DNA of 64,000 nt, from IMG/VR virus record IMGVR_UViG_3300035204_001594, positions 13,321 to 77,320 of that record, one strand, 5' to 3'. Every line of letters begins with the position of its first letter. Positions within the stretch are counted from its first letter, which is position 1. The position numbers were made by a program, and so were the translations under genes. Positions 18,672 through 28,456 of this stretch are shown here, piece after piece. The DNA is from a virus. A model generated the notes under the pieces. The model was not told the origin of the DNA, did no database searches, and saw only the letters and a program-made list of their open reading frames with translations.

Positions 18672-21662
18672 ATGGCAGATTCAAAAAAAGAAAAATTTAA
18701 AGAAGAAGGTAAGTCGGTTTCATCCTTTATCGATCAATTACCCGACTGGGCAAAAGATACGGTTCAGTCCTGTCAGCACTACAGAGACATAGATAAGATC
18801 GACGATAAAGTATTTTCCCTACCTACAGATCAGGTAAAGGCGCTAAACGATGCTATTCCGGAGGGTCTGTACGAATCTTTCGTTAAACAGATGGTGTCCC
18901 AGAAAAAGTGGGACGAGTCCCCTATAAAGTTAACGTCAATGTTGAGGCTAAACGGCAAGCCCTTCACGCTGTCTAAGCATAGGTTTTTTGAACCCATGTT
19001 TTACTCAGATCTACCCCCCAGGATGCTTTTGGTCTGCGCTCGGCAGGTGGGTAAGGCGCTGGCGTTAAGTACGCCTATCCCTACACCTACAGGTACTGCC
19101 TGTATAGAAAGCCTTCGAGTAGGGGACTTTGTACTAGGCCCGGATGGGGAGCCCACAGAAGTTATAGCGACATCCGATGTAATACCTGACGCAACAGCCT
19201 ACAAAGTGTGTTTTAATGACGGTACTTCAGTATCCGCTTGCGAGGATCACCAATGGACCGTATATCAATCTGTTAAAAGGCGCGGAGGCAACGAGAAAGA
19301 CTACCTAGAGTGGAGAGAGCAGACCTTAACTACCAAACAGTTATCTGATAGGGGTTTACGTAAACCCGGAGGTGAGTATAGATTTTCACTACCTCAAGTA
19401 CACCCTGTTCAACTTCCCGAAGCGGACCTGCCCATAGAGCCTTACGCTTTTGGGGTTTGGTTGGGCGACGGTCACTCAGCAGGGGGAAGAGTATCCTCCA
19501 GTGTTGAAGACTCAGCTATATCTGACAGAATTAAAGAATCTTATAAGGTATCTGGCCCAAATTTGATACCCTCCTCCTCAAAAGCTACATGGTTCTCAAT
19601 ACACGGCATAAGAAAGCACTTGGTAGCTCTAAGTGTATTTAATAATAAACACATACCCCTCGCATACTTACGCTCCAGCCTTATCCAGAGGCAGGCGCTT
19701 CTACAAGGAATTATGGATACCGATGGAACTGTTTCTAAAAAGGGGCTGTGTAGTGTGGGCTTCTCCAATAAACGTCTCGCAGATGATACGGCCCAATTAC
19801 TAAACAGTTTGGGCTTTATTGTAAAGAGGCGGACTAAGCAACCTAACTACCCTGGATCCAAACTTCACTACCTGATGAGCTTTACAGCTAGAGCAGACTT
19901 CCCTGTATTTCATCTACCTCGAAAATTTGCTAGACAGAAAACAAAAGAAGAGGCTAGAGGTAAACCTCGCCAAACCCTACATAAGAAAATTACATCCATC
20001 GAGCCTGTAGATTCGCAGCCTATGTGCTGTATAGAGGTATCTAATGAAGATAACCTATATCTGTGTGGAGAAGGGTGGATTCCTACGCATAACAGCACCC
20101 ACATGGCAGCACAGGGTGTACTACAGGCAGCTGCACTAGATCGATTTAAGGTTCTGTTCTTGGCTCCGCAGTTCGAGCAAATTAGAAGGTTTTCTCATCA
20201 ATATATAAAGCAGTTTGTTCAAGAATCGTTTTTAAAGGACATGATCACAGACCGAACCACTATGGATTCTGTGCTTCAAAAGACTTTTAAAAACAAGTCA
20301 GAGCTATTCTTTTCCTTTGCTTTACTTAGCGTAGAGAGGGTTAGGGGTTTGGCAGTAGACGCTATACGGCTGGATGAGATTCAGGACCTTCAACCAGACT
20401 TTCTCGATATTATTCGTGAATGTATGTCAGCTTCGTCTAGGCGGTCTGAGATGTACACAGGTACTAGTAAAACTGTAGATAACCTAATAGAGCAACTAAG
20501 GCTCCAGTCTTCTCAAGCAGAATGGTTTATGAAGTGCGAGGCCTGCAATCACTGGAACATCCCTACCGTAGAGGGCTCAGGCCCAGGCTTAGGAGTAGGG
20601 GCCATGTTAGGACCAGAAGGTCTTTGCTGTGCCAAATGTAAACGATTAATTAACCCTGAAAAGGGAGTGTGGATACACAAGTTCCCGGAGCGTGTGGGTT
20701 TCTTCCCCAGTTACCATATTCCTCAAGTTGTAGCCCCTATACATTACGCCAATCAGAAAAACTGGAAATCTCTACTCTATAAAAAGGAAGAGATGGCTCC
20801 CGCCAGATTTATTAATGAAATTTTAGGGGAAGCGTGTGACGAGGGGCAGCGCTTAGTTAGTAAAACGGAACTAGAAACGGCGTCCTGCCTTAACGTAAAC
20901 ACCTTGGAAGAGGCTTTGAAGGTCAGGGGCAGATATACCGACGTCATACTGGGGGTAGACTGGGGCGGTAAGGGAGAACGTATGCAATCCTTTACAGCAG
21001 TGGCTGCCATGGGTCTGAGACCCGACAGTAATCGACTCGAGGTATTCTTTGCAAAGGTATACCCTGCACTTATGGATCCCGTAGAAGAGACTAAAAGTGT
21101 GGTGGGTTTATTCTCTGCCTTAAAGGGTAGTGGTATCGCACACGATGTGGCCGTAGCGGGCGAGATTCGCCGTAGTCTTATGCGTGAAATAGGCCTTAAT
21201 GAGCAGAACCTATTTAACTGTAGGTACTCGCCGGGAATGATTTCAAAGCACTTTATAGAATTTAAACCCGCTAGCGACGTTAATCCCGTTAGTTACTACA
21301 ATATCGATAGAAATAGGTTACTAGCTGCCGTGTGTCTATCTATAAAAGGCAAACAATTGCTTTTTCCCGACTATGAATCCATGGGTAATGAAGCGGGTAA
21401 GAACATCATGGACCATTTTTTAGCCATCTACGAAGAGACAACCGAAACTGCTCACGGCAGGGAGCAGAAATTCATTAAACGTAACCCCGGTATGCCTGAC
21501 GACTTCTTACATGCCTGCGGTTTCGCATGCGCTACTATGTGGTCTCGTTACGAGCATACCATGCCTCGTCTAGATGAGGTGTTTATGGACCCTATGACGT
21601 CAGAGGAGATCGATTTAATAGAGCCTCCGCGTTTTGATAGCAATGATTTTTGGGCGGATTAG
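18672..21662 (+). CDS. terL: Terminase large subunit (GpA-like), intein-containing; about 650 aa after splicing
   Basis: Walker A ARQVGK/S split by intein, RLDEIQD Walker B, CEAC..CAKC Zn motifs, GVDWG nuclease motif, PDDFLHA. Confidence 0.9.
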   Translation: MADSKKEKFKEEGKSVSSFIDQLPDWAKDTVQSCQHYRDIDKIDDKVFSLPTDQVKALNDAIPEGLYESFVKQMVSQKKWDESPIKLTSMLRLNGKPFTLSKHRFFEPMFYSDLPPRMLLVCARQVGKALALSTPIPTPTGTACIESLRVGDFVLGPDGEPTEVIATSDVIPDATAYKVCFNDGTSVSACEDHQWTVYQSVKRRGGNEKDYLEWREQTLTTKQLSDRGLRKPGGEYRFSLPQVHPVQLPEADLPIEPYAFGVWLGDGHSAGGRVSSSVEDSAISDRIKESYKVSGPNLIPSSSKATWFSIHGIRKHLVALSVFNNKHIPLAYLRSSLIQRQALLQGIMDTDGTVSKKGLCSVGFSNKRLADDTAQLLNSLGFIVKRRTKQPNYPGSKLHYLMSFTARADFPVFHLPRKFARQKTKEEARGKPRQTLHKKITSIEPVDSQPMCCIEVSNEDNLYLCGEGWIPTHNSTHMAAQGVLQAAALDRFKVLFLAPQFEQIRRFSHQYIKQFVQESFLKDMITDRTTMDSVLQKTFKNKSELFFSFALLSVERVRGLAVDAIRLDEIQDLQPDFLDIIRECMSASSRRSEMYTGTSKTVDNLIEQLRLQSSQAEWFMKCEACNHWNIPTVEGSGPGLGVGAMLGPEGLCCAKCKRLINPEKGVWIHKFPERVGFFPSYHIPQVVAPIHYANQKNWKSLLYKKEEMAPARFINEILGEACDEGQRLVSKTELETASCLNVNTLEEALKVRGRYTDVILGVDWGGKGERMQSFTAVAAMGLRPDSNRLEVFFAKVYPALMDPVEETKSVVGLFSALKGSGIAHDVAVAGEIRRSLMREIGLNEQNLFNCRYSPGMISKHFIEFKPASDVNPVSYYNIDRNRLLAAVCLSIKGKQLLFPDYESMGNEAGKNIMDHFLAIYEETTETAHGREQKFIKRNPGMPDDFLHACGFACATMWSRYEHTMPRLDEVFMDPMTSEEIDLIEPPRFDSNDFWAD
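19056..20093 (+). mobile_element. Class 3 (Ala1, WCT) intein with LAGLIDADG homing endonuclease, 346 aa
   Basis: Starts ALALSTPIPTPTG; block B EDHQW; block F MCCIEV; block G PTHN/S; endonuclease GVWLGDG and QGIMDTDG. Confidence 0.92.
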
Positions 21663-21708
21663 ATCCTAAATAGCTAAACTTTTAGGGGGGCGGCACCTAC
21701 TAACTTAA

Positions 21709-21742
21709 CTTATGGTCAGGAAGGGCCGAGCCTGACCATAAG
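21709..21742. terminator. 12-bp perfect inverted repeat between convergent genes
   Basis: CTTATGGTCAGG-aagggccgag-CCTGACCATAAG; no clear U-tract. Confidence 0.5.
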
Positions 21743-21839
21743 AGGGGGGTGTTAAGATAAATATAGAGAAAAATAGGTATAAAAAGACGGCCTGCAGTAC
21801 TAAAGCTTACCATCATTTAATTATAACACACCAGAAACC

Positions 21840-24527
21840 CTATTTTAACGACTCTTTTGCGTAAGTTTGATTCCGAATACCCTGAGTGTGCCTGAGGCGT
21901 CTAACGGCGTGTACTAGCCTCTGCCATACCTTAAAAGACCCCTTATATTTCACCTCTGCAGAGTCTTCTACTGCCTCAAACCCAAAGGTTTTAAGCTGAT
22001 TTCGAATGTCCCACCTCCTAGCGTACAGGCGTGCTCTACGAGCAGTTTTATGTATTAGGTTTATGTTAATAATCACCTCATCTCGGTCTTCACAAACCTT
22101 AACTTCTGCTCTTGTACCCAAAATACCCTGCTCAGACATCTCATCTAACATATTTATAAAGCAGGCTAACTCGGATCGAGAGTTAATATAGCCTCTATGG
22201 GAAGTTATCCTCCTAGCTCTCTCTATAGTCTGGTCCCCTACCTCTACATTACGGGCAATTTCCGCACACCCTTCAAAAGAATCCTCTAAGCTCTGTGGTT
22301 GAGTGATTAACATATACTGTAATATCGAGGGGATAGCGACCTCGGTTCCCGCCAGTATAGTGTCGCCCCCTAAAGGCTTCTCTTCGGCACGAATAAATAC
22401 CCAATCGGGATCTGGCCCCATAGAACCGGCGTACAGCGGATCTGCCAGTAAAAGCGTGTTAGGGCTTTCTGTTTTATCAATCCAGTTTCTTAGGCCTGTC
22501 TTCTGGCACCTTAAACCATCTACCGCTAAAGGTAGATCGTGCTCCCCAGACTCAAAAGCCCTTTTATTGGCTGTAAATGTATTTAGGTTGCTTTTTAGCA
22601 AATCCATATCGTACCTGAATATATTGAACAGGTGTTCGGCTAGTGAGCCTTTATCCCCTACTAAAACTACTCCGGTAGACGGCTTGCCTTGTACCTTAGA
22701 AAAGATGGCATACATCAGAGATGCTACGGCAGCCCAATAACCTACGCATTCATAGTGAGGGGTTAGCCAACTCTTTAACATAGAGGGGTTAAACTCTAAC
22801 TCACTTCTAGGCCCTTTCTCTAACTGGCAGCCTACTTTGTTTCCTGGTAGATCAGGTGCAGGGTATACGTACTGACCCCCTGCCTCTATACTGGATGAGC
22901 TAATTAGAGTTTGAGGTAGGTAGAACTTACCTGTAAGGCTATCAAACCCTACAGTGTCTCTCACTTTTACCACCTCTGGAGGCCTAAATAACTCAGCCGC
23001 TTTAATTAGGTTTTGCCTTCCCCAGTCTGATATGTAGGGTAGTACCTCTACTCCAGCATGGGCGCATATTAACTCCACGTAATCTCTCGGATTCTTTTGC
23101 AGCTCCCTGGCACTTACTACGAACTGAATCTTAAGGTTTTTGTACAAAATATGCCCCGCGTAGCTACTGGCGCTTAAGTCGTAGTTTCTGTACACGGTCT
23201 CTATTACGAGGATTACTTCCGATACCACTTCATCCATATCCTCCCGTCGATGCCTTCGGTTTCGAGCCCACCACTTCCCTTGCTTTTCGTATATTAAGTT
23301 TCCCTTAATCTGTATGGTTTCCTGGAAATCTATATCCTCAAACAGATTAGTTAAACGCCTTTTTTGGTAACTTAAGCACTTAGACAGCAACAGATACTTT
23401 GTCTGTACAGTAGGGCTTAGCCTCTCTAAATACTCGGGGGCCTTTGTTTTTTTACTGAAAATAGTATCGATACAGTATTTTAAGGTAGACCTTCTTCCTC
23501 GGGTGGACTCTAGGGACCTAACTACCTTAGGGCCTATGGTGTCCTCCCACGCAGCCATCCGTTTTTTATCAGTAACCCATATAGGCGGACAATCTATTGG
23601 AATTATTTGACTGTTTCCTGCCACCAGATACCTACGCAACTCTTCTGGTGGGGGATCGTCGTGCCAATATACTAGTGTTCCGTATAGAGAGCCCCAGTCC
23701 ACAATTTGGCTAGAGTGAGGGGATACTATGGTAGGAAACTTTACCCCCTCTATGCCACCCTTCAGCATAGTTCGTAGGATTTGAATAGGGCTGTCGACTG
23801 CAAAAGTCGCCTTAGCCTTAACAAAACTATTTGTTAAGTTAAAGAATCCTCCAAAATAGTCCGGCAGGGTTGAGATGTAGTGAATATGATCGTTACTCCC
23901 CAACAGGGCGAAGCCGGTTATAAACCCCGGCACCCAGTAATAAGGCATAACAAGCATTCTGATAAAGGGCTGCCTTCGTATCCCTAAGGGCTCCTCCCCT
24001 AGTATTTCGGTTAATTGACCCCTATGGACCATTCCAACAGAATTAGCCATGTGCTTATTAAACGTATTTTGGTCTCTCCACAGGCCTAGGTCATATAGGC
24101 GGCGGGCGTGATAATTCTGCCCGTAGTTAGAGGCGTTACGTTTGGCGGCCTTCCATAACTTTTCCACCCCTTGATAATACCCCCTATAAAAATCGTAGTA
24201 TAGCTCCCAATCCTCATCAAACGACCCCCCGCTCCTAAACTCCTCCTCTAAGGCATCCCTCAGCTTAGCAAACGACTTGATTCTGTATACCTGCTCGTAT
24301 ACTCGTATAGGATCTCCCGTAAGGCCGCAGCTTTCGCAGTTTAACCATCCGCCAAACGGCATAATTCCATGAATCCAGCAAGTTTCCCTACACTTAGGGC
24401 ACGCCACCGCTGTAGGCGGGTTCTTCTTGTTGCAGGTTATCCCTAATACGTTTAAAATATGTATGTAACTATACTTCTGAAAAAATTTCTGAGAAGGAAT
24501 TCCACTTATGGTGCTTACTACGGACAT
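21840..24527 (-). CDS. Zn-finger primase-helicase-like protein (DUF927-like), apparently degenerate; start uncertain (24527-24560)
   Basis: CPKC..CESCGLTGD Zn finger, VGFDSLTGKFYLP, GVVLVGDKGSLA (broken P-loop), DLPLAVDG. Confidence 0.55.
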   Translation of the reverse strand: MSVVSTISGIPSQKFFQKYSYIHILNVLGITCNKKNPPTAVACPKCRETCWIHGIMPFGGWLNCESCGLTGDPIRVYEQVYRIKSFAKLRDALEEEFRSGGSFDEDWELYYDFYRGYYQGVEKLWKAAKRNASNYGQNYHARRLYDLGLWRDQNTFNKHMANSVGMVHRGQLTEILGEEPLGIRRQPFIRMLVMPYYWVPGFITGFALLGSNDHIHYISTLPDYFGGFFNLTNSFVKAKATFAVDSPIQILRTMLKGGIEGVKFPTIVSPHSSQIVDWGSLYGTLVYWHDDPPPEELRRYLVAGNSQIIPIDCPPIWVTDKKRMAAWEDTIGPKVVRSLESTRGRRSTLKYCIDTIFSKKTKAPEYLERLSPTVQTKYLLLSKCLSYQKRRLTNLFEDIDFQETIQIKGNLIYEKQGKWWARNRRHRREDMDEVVSEVILVIETVYRNYDLSASSYAGHILYKNLKIQFVVSARELQKNPRDYVELICAHAGVEVLPYISDWGRQNLIKAAELFRPPEVVKVRDTVGFDSLTGKFYLPQTLISSSSIEAGGQYVYPAPDLPGNKVGCQLEKGPRSELEFNPSMLKSWLTPHYECVGYWAAVASLMYAIFSKVQGKPSTGVVLVGDKGSLAEHLFNIFRYDMDLLKSNLNTFTANKRAFESGEHDLPLAVDGLRCQKTGLRNWIDKTESPNTLLLADPLYAGSMGPDPDWVFIRAEEKPLGGDTILAGTEVAIPSILQYMLITQPQSLEDSFEGCAEIARNVEVGDQTIERARRITSHRGYINSRSELACFINMLDEMSEQGILGTRAEVKVCEDRDEVIININLIHKTARRARLYARRWDIRNQLKTFGFEAVEDSAEVKYKGSFKVWQRLVHAVRRLRHTQGIRNQTYAKESLK

Positions 24528-25602
24528 TACTGATGACATTTCCAAAACTATGTACGCCAATCTTATCGATAAGGTTGACGTACCAGACTACGTAAAATCA
24601 GCTGAAGTTGAGACGGAAAAGAGTGTTAAGCACTTAGATCCCAGGGCTTTCGCCGATACTATCCAATGTAAGCTACCCCTTAATACTAAGGCGAGCTGTT
24701 GGACTTCTGCTTTATATTTGTACGGCCATCCGGACAATAATGCAAGTTCTAGGCCCAGTCGAATTGAAACAAATCTGTTTAAGCATGCAGAAATATGGGG
24801 GATAGAAGAAGATATTAACCTTATTAAGCAAGCATTTGCTCCTGTAGATACCCCTGTCGAGTATGCCCTATCTTTCGACCATAGAGGTACTCGGATAGAT
24901 AGATGCCCTTGCCATACCCCTGAATTAGCCAAAAAATCATGTGACTGGTTACAAGACCACCGAAACCATTTTCCAATTAATGCACAGATTAAAGCTGCGC
25001 ATATTTTAATAAATAAAGCGGGTGGTTATGATTCAGTCCCTGATGCTAGCCGTGATTATTTAGGCGCTCTTTCCGAAGCGGATACATTCGCTACAGCGCC
25101 TAATATAACCATAGCTGGAGCTATAAAAGAGAGGCTGGTTTCCGTTAAAAAATCTCAGTGGGGGGACCTAGGCAACGAGTTACTAAAAGTAGCTAACGAT
25201 CTTACTGAAAACCCTTATAGCCTGGTTAAGGGCGCTAAAACTATACAAGACGCCTTAGAGGCTTTTGATGTTCAGTTTAATTTGCAGCAGAAATGGGGAG
25301 AATCTTTAACTCACCCTGTCGATGCGTGTTTTACCGTTACTAGACAAAAAGCAGCGAAAGCTACAGCAGGGCTTGTTAAGCTTATGAACGGTAACTACTT
25401 TGATCTAAATAAGGCTGCCTTATCAGACCTTGAAACAGGTTTAAAGCAAGCTGGTGATGATTTCTTAGCTTACGCCAAGCCTGATGGTCTAAATTTAGAT
25501 ATAGATAAAGTTAAAGAAATACTACCTACTATTCCCGCCCCTGATGCAAATCGGTTTCAAAGGGCATTTCCTACAACTACCTTTAATGAGGACATACTGT
25601 GA
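24508..25602 (+). CDS. Hypothetical protein, possibly head-associated, with internal repeat and many K-x-A motifs
   Basis: AGAAGGA RBS; AFAD..KLPLNT.. and YAL..RCPCHT.. repeat. Confidence 0.65.
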   Translation: MVLTTDITDDISKTMYANLIDKVDVPDYVKSAEVETEKSVKHLDPRAFADTIQCKLPLNTKASCWTSALYLYGHPDNNASSRPSRIETNLFKHAEIWGIEEDINLIKQAFAPVDTPVEYALSFDHRGTRIDRCPCHTPELAKKSCDWLQDHRNHFPINAQIKAAHILINKAGGYDSVPDASRDYLGALSEADTFATAPNITIAGAIKERLVSVKKSQWGDLGNELLKVANDLTENPYSLVKGAKTIQDALEAFDVQFNLQQKWGESLTHPVDACFTVTRQKAAKATAGLVKLMNGNYFDLNKAALSDLETGLKQAGDDFLAYAKPDGLNLDIDKVKEILPTIPAPDANRFQRAFPTTTFNEDIL

Positions 25603-26039
25603 AAGACAACCTAAAAACATTTTATGCTGTGAAAACAGCTACCATCAATGAATTACTCTATTCAAATACCAAAGAAGCTGCTATTAAACGAGCTACGCTT
25701 AGCGAAGAGGAGTTAGCGGCTCTAGTCCTTCTTGCTAAACAGCAAGAAGAGGCTGGCAAAAAGAAGAAAGGCCCTGGTTACGGAAAACGCTTCCGCAGAG
25801 GCGCCTTAGCGGGCGGTCTATACGGCGGTTTGCTGGGAGCACCCTATGGCGGCCTAGTAGGAGGTGTACTAGGGCATGACATGCCCGGGGGCCTTAATGC
25901 CACAGGCGGAGCACTTTTAGGCGCAGGTATTGGTGGCTTAGGCGGCGCAGGTCTTGGCGCACTGGGCGGAGGCCTCGGCAATATGCTTAAAGCTTACCTA
26001 CAGGGTGACTTATACGACGCTATTTACGACTCAAAGTAA
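25599..26039 (+). CDS. Glycine-zipper protein
   Basis: GALAGGLYGGLLG...GALLGAGIGGLGG. Confidence 0.7.
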   Translation: MKDNLKTFYAVKTATINELLYSNTKEAAIKRATLSEEELAALVLLAKQQEEAGKKKKGPGYGKRFRRGALAGGLYGGLLGAPYGGLVGGVLGHDMPGGLNATGGALLGAGIGGLGGAGLGALGGGLGNMLKAYLQGDLYDAIYDSK

Positions 26040-26042
26040 TCT

Positions 26043-26762
26043 ATGCCCGTAAAAACCTTAGCAGCCTCCCAGGTTTATAAATCACTTATCGCTAGCCCTG
26101 ACACCAGCGGCACGGCTTTACTTGCTCTATGCCTAGACGAGTTTGGCCAAGAGGGCCTCAATGGGGACCCTCTTGGCTTAGCTGAGGATATTAAAAGTGC
26201 TTTTGGGGTATCAGATATCCCCCAGGTTAACTTTGATAAGATTCAGTCCTTATGGACATCCCTTACTACCGATTTAGTACATACAGACCCCAGCACCTTC
26301 ATACAGGCCTGTAACGCCCTGAATGGCTCTCCTATCAGTTTCGACATCTTTGACCCCGCAGACCCCTACGAGTGCGCCTGGGCCATTACAGAGCTCTCAT
26401 TGCTTGATTCAGAGACTCCGGACAGGTTGAGTCCAAATGTAAAGCGTTATATAGGAGAGGCCTGTAAGGAATTTGGCCTTGTTAAAGTACCTTCTGTACT
26501 CAGCGACGTGGCTGATTTCGGGGAAGATGACTACTTTGAGTTAGCCGCTATTCAAACCGAAAACCTCGATGACTCTCAGGTGTTCCTGGCTAACCAGGCT
26601 GCCTTTAAAGAAGAAATTGAGAATTACGTGGAGGATAGTATGAGGTCCCTTATCCACGAGTTAAATATCCTGCCCCTTCAGAACAGAGAGGCAGGATGGG
26701 CAGATTTCTATAAGGTTATGGAAAAGAAACTTCCCTCACTCCAGATGTATTCTGGCTCCTAA
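26043..26762 (+). CDS. Hypothetical protein
   Basis: 239 aa, acidic, in the plus-strand cluster. Confidence 0.7.
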   Translation: MPVKTLAASQVYKSLIASPDTSGTALLALCLDEFGQEGLNGDPLGLAEDIKSAFGVSDIPQVNFDKIQSLWTSLTTDLVHTDPSTFIQACNALNGSPISFDIFDPADPYECAWAITELSLLDSETPDRLSPNVKRYIGEACKEFGLVKVPSVLSDVADFGEDDYFELAAIQTENLDDSQVFLANQAAFKEEIENYVEDSMRSLIHELNILPLQNREAGWADFYKVMEKKLPSLQMYSGS

Positions 26763-27005
26763 CCTATACAGTATTTTAGCTAGATCTTGCGCAGATTCGC
26801 TAACTGACTCTTCGCTCAAATCCCATACTAAACCGTGAAGACACTCGTGAATAACAACTTCGAGCAGCTCTTCGGTTTCATCCTCTACCTTATTACTTAT
26901 TCTAATCTTTTTAGCTTTTGTACTCGGATTATCTATATCGCCCCTGGCGCTCATATTAATAGATCTTACCAGTTCCCAATATTTTCCCCTTAGGCGAATA
27001 TTCAT
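26736..27005 (-). CDS. Minimal HExxH zincin-like protein
   Basis: VVIHECLHG..WDLSEE. Confidence 0.65.
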   Translation of the reverse strand: MNIRLRGKYWELVRSINMSARGDIDNPSTKAKKIRISNKVEDETEELLEVVIHECLHGLVWDLSEESVSESAQDLAKILYRLGARIHLE

Positions 27006-27008
27006 ACT

Positions 27009-27332
27009 CTATATCCAAAATGTTAGGGCCATCAGCTTACGTATTCCAGCGCCTTCATCGGACCCTAAATACGCGCCTTGCGATAAGTCGTACACCCTAA
27101 CGGCAGGTATAACAATAAATCTATTATTAACAATAGAAAAGTGGGAGGGTAGACCGTCCTCGCCCTGAATCAGCTTAATAATTATAAGTATGGTGGCGAA
27201 ATCATACCCAGAAGCCTTTAAGGCCTCTGCGATAGACATAATCGCCTCAGCCTTTTTGTGATCTGGGCCAACAAAGCCCTGGTCCCACAACAGGGACTGT
27301 TCAGCAGGGCTTAAACCCTGAAGGGCGGTCAT
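27009..27332 (-). CDS. Hypothetical protein
   Basis: 107 aa in operon. Confidence 0.6.
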   Translation of the reverse strand: MTALQGLSPAEQSLLWDQGFVGPDHKKAEAIMSIAEALKASGYDFATILIIIKLIQGEDGLPSHFSIVNNRFIVIPAVRVYDLSQGAYLGSDEGAGIRKLMALTFWI

Positions 27333-27333
27333 T

Positions 27334-27603
27334 TTATAGACCTGCCCTTAAGTACCAGTATCCGGTACTTACAGAAGAGTCGTTACCTACGGGAGGGGTG
27401 TAAGCAGGCTCAAACTTATTTAAACCCATGTGAGATGCCCCTATAGTGTGACGGTATTCGTATACGGCTCTTTTAGTGGCAGGATCTGTTAGCTGGGCCT
27501 GTGTATGTGCCTGAACCTCAATCTTACATACGTCTCCTGAGAATTCATATCCAATAATTTTAGCTTTAGGGGCGCTTAGAGGTGTGGGGGTGTCTTCCAT
27601 CAT
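27334..27603 (-). CDS. Hypothetical protein
   Basis: 89 aa in operon. Confidence 0.6.
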   Translation of the reverse strand: MMEDTPTPLSAPKAKIIGYEFSGDVCKIEVQAHTQAQLTDPATKRAVYEYRHTIGASHMGLNKFEPAYTPPVGNDSSVSTGYWYLRAGL

Positions 27604-27628
27604 GATTAGTTACCTTATTTTTGTATGG

Positions 27629-27919
27629 CTATACCTGATAGCCTTGACCGAAGTTTAGGATTGTTGCGTTGACGTAATTCTTTAAAATTGTTAATTTGTC
27701 TACATCTAAAGCTTTGAGCTGAGACAGAACATCCGTGTATATAACTTGACGTTTAGGTCCTTTTTTACAGCTACAGCCTCTCGCGTCATTTACTGCTTGC
27801 AATCTGCTGCGAGCTCCATTTAAAATAACACCTACCGGATGATTTAGGTTGTCTGCCAGAGGCGACGTAATTAGTTCTCGTACCTTTGGCTTATTCATAA
27901 GTACGGTTTTACCGGACAT
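27629..27919 (-). CDS. Hypothetical protein with CxC
   Basis: GCSCKKG. Confidence 0.6.
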   Translation of the reverse strand: MSGKTVLMNKPKVRELITSPLADNLNHPVGVILNGARSRLQAVNDARGCSCKKGPKRQVIYTDVLSQLKALDVDKLTILKNYVNATILNFGQGYQV

Positions 27920-28439
27920 GTACTCGGCCGTTTCGAATACCGACCTGTAATGTTGTGGTACGAAGAGCTTCTTTAATGGTCTGGATTTCCGTATCCAATA
28001 CTACAGTATCATCTCCAAAATCTTCAATAAGCTGCTTAGCAAACCGAGCTCTATACGGATTTAGGGCACATCCCGTACATTTTTTACCTTCCGCCCCCAA
28101 CTGTTTAGATATTTCAGCTAACTCATCTTGATAGCCTTTAATAGCGCCGCACATACCTCCCCACTTCTCCTCTACCAAAAACTTACGTACCATAGCTGTG
28201 CTCAGTACCTTTAGATCTTTAACGGACGTATTGCCCTCTTCTGCATCGATAATAGCAGCTCTGGCAGTTCGTGCGTGGGTTCTGTCTTGTTTCCACTCCT
28301 TTAACCTAGTTGCCCGCTCTTCTGCGGTCAAGCCCGCTAGTTTATTTAAAAAACGCGCTCCTCTGCGGGTATAGGTTGTCTGATCTGCTTGCTCATTTTG
28401 CTCATTATTTGTATCGGATTTAGAGGGGTTATCGCTCAT
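27909..28439 (-). CDS. Hypothetical protein with CxxC
   Basis: AAGGAG RBS; KKCTGC. Confidence 0.65.
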   Translation of the reverse strand: MSDNPSKSDTNNEQNEQADQTTYTRRGARFLNKLAGLTAEERATRLKEWKQDRTHARTARAAIIDAEEGNTSVKDLKVLSTAMVRKFLVEEKWGGMCGAIKGYQDELAEISKQLGAEGKKCTGCALNPYRARFAKQLIEDFGDDTVVLDTEIQTIKEALRTTTLQVGIRNGRVHVR

Positions 28440-28456
28440 ATAGGCTCTCCTTTAGC

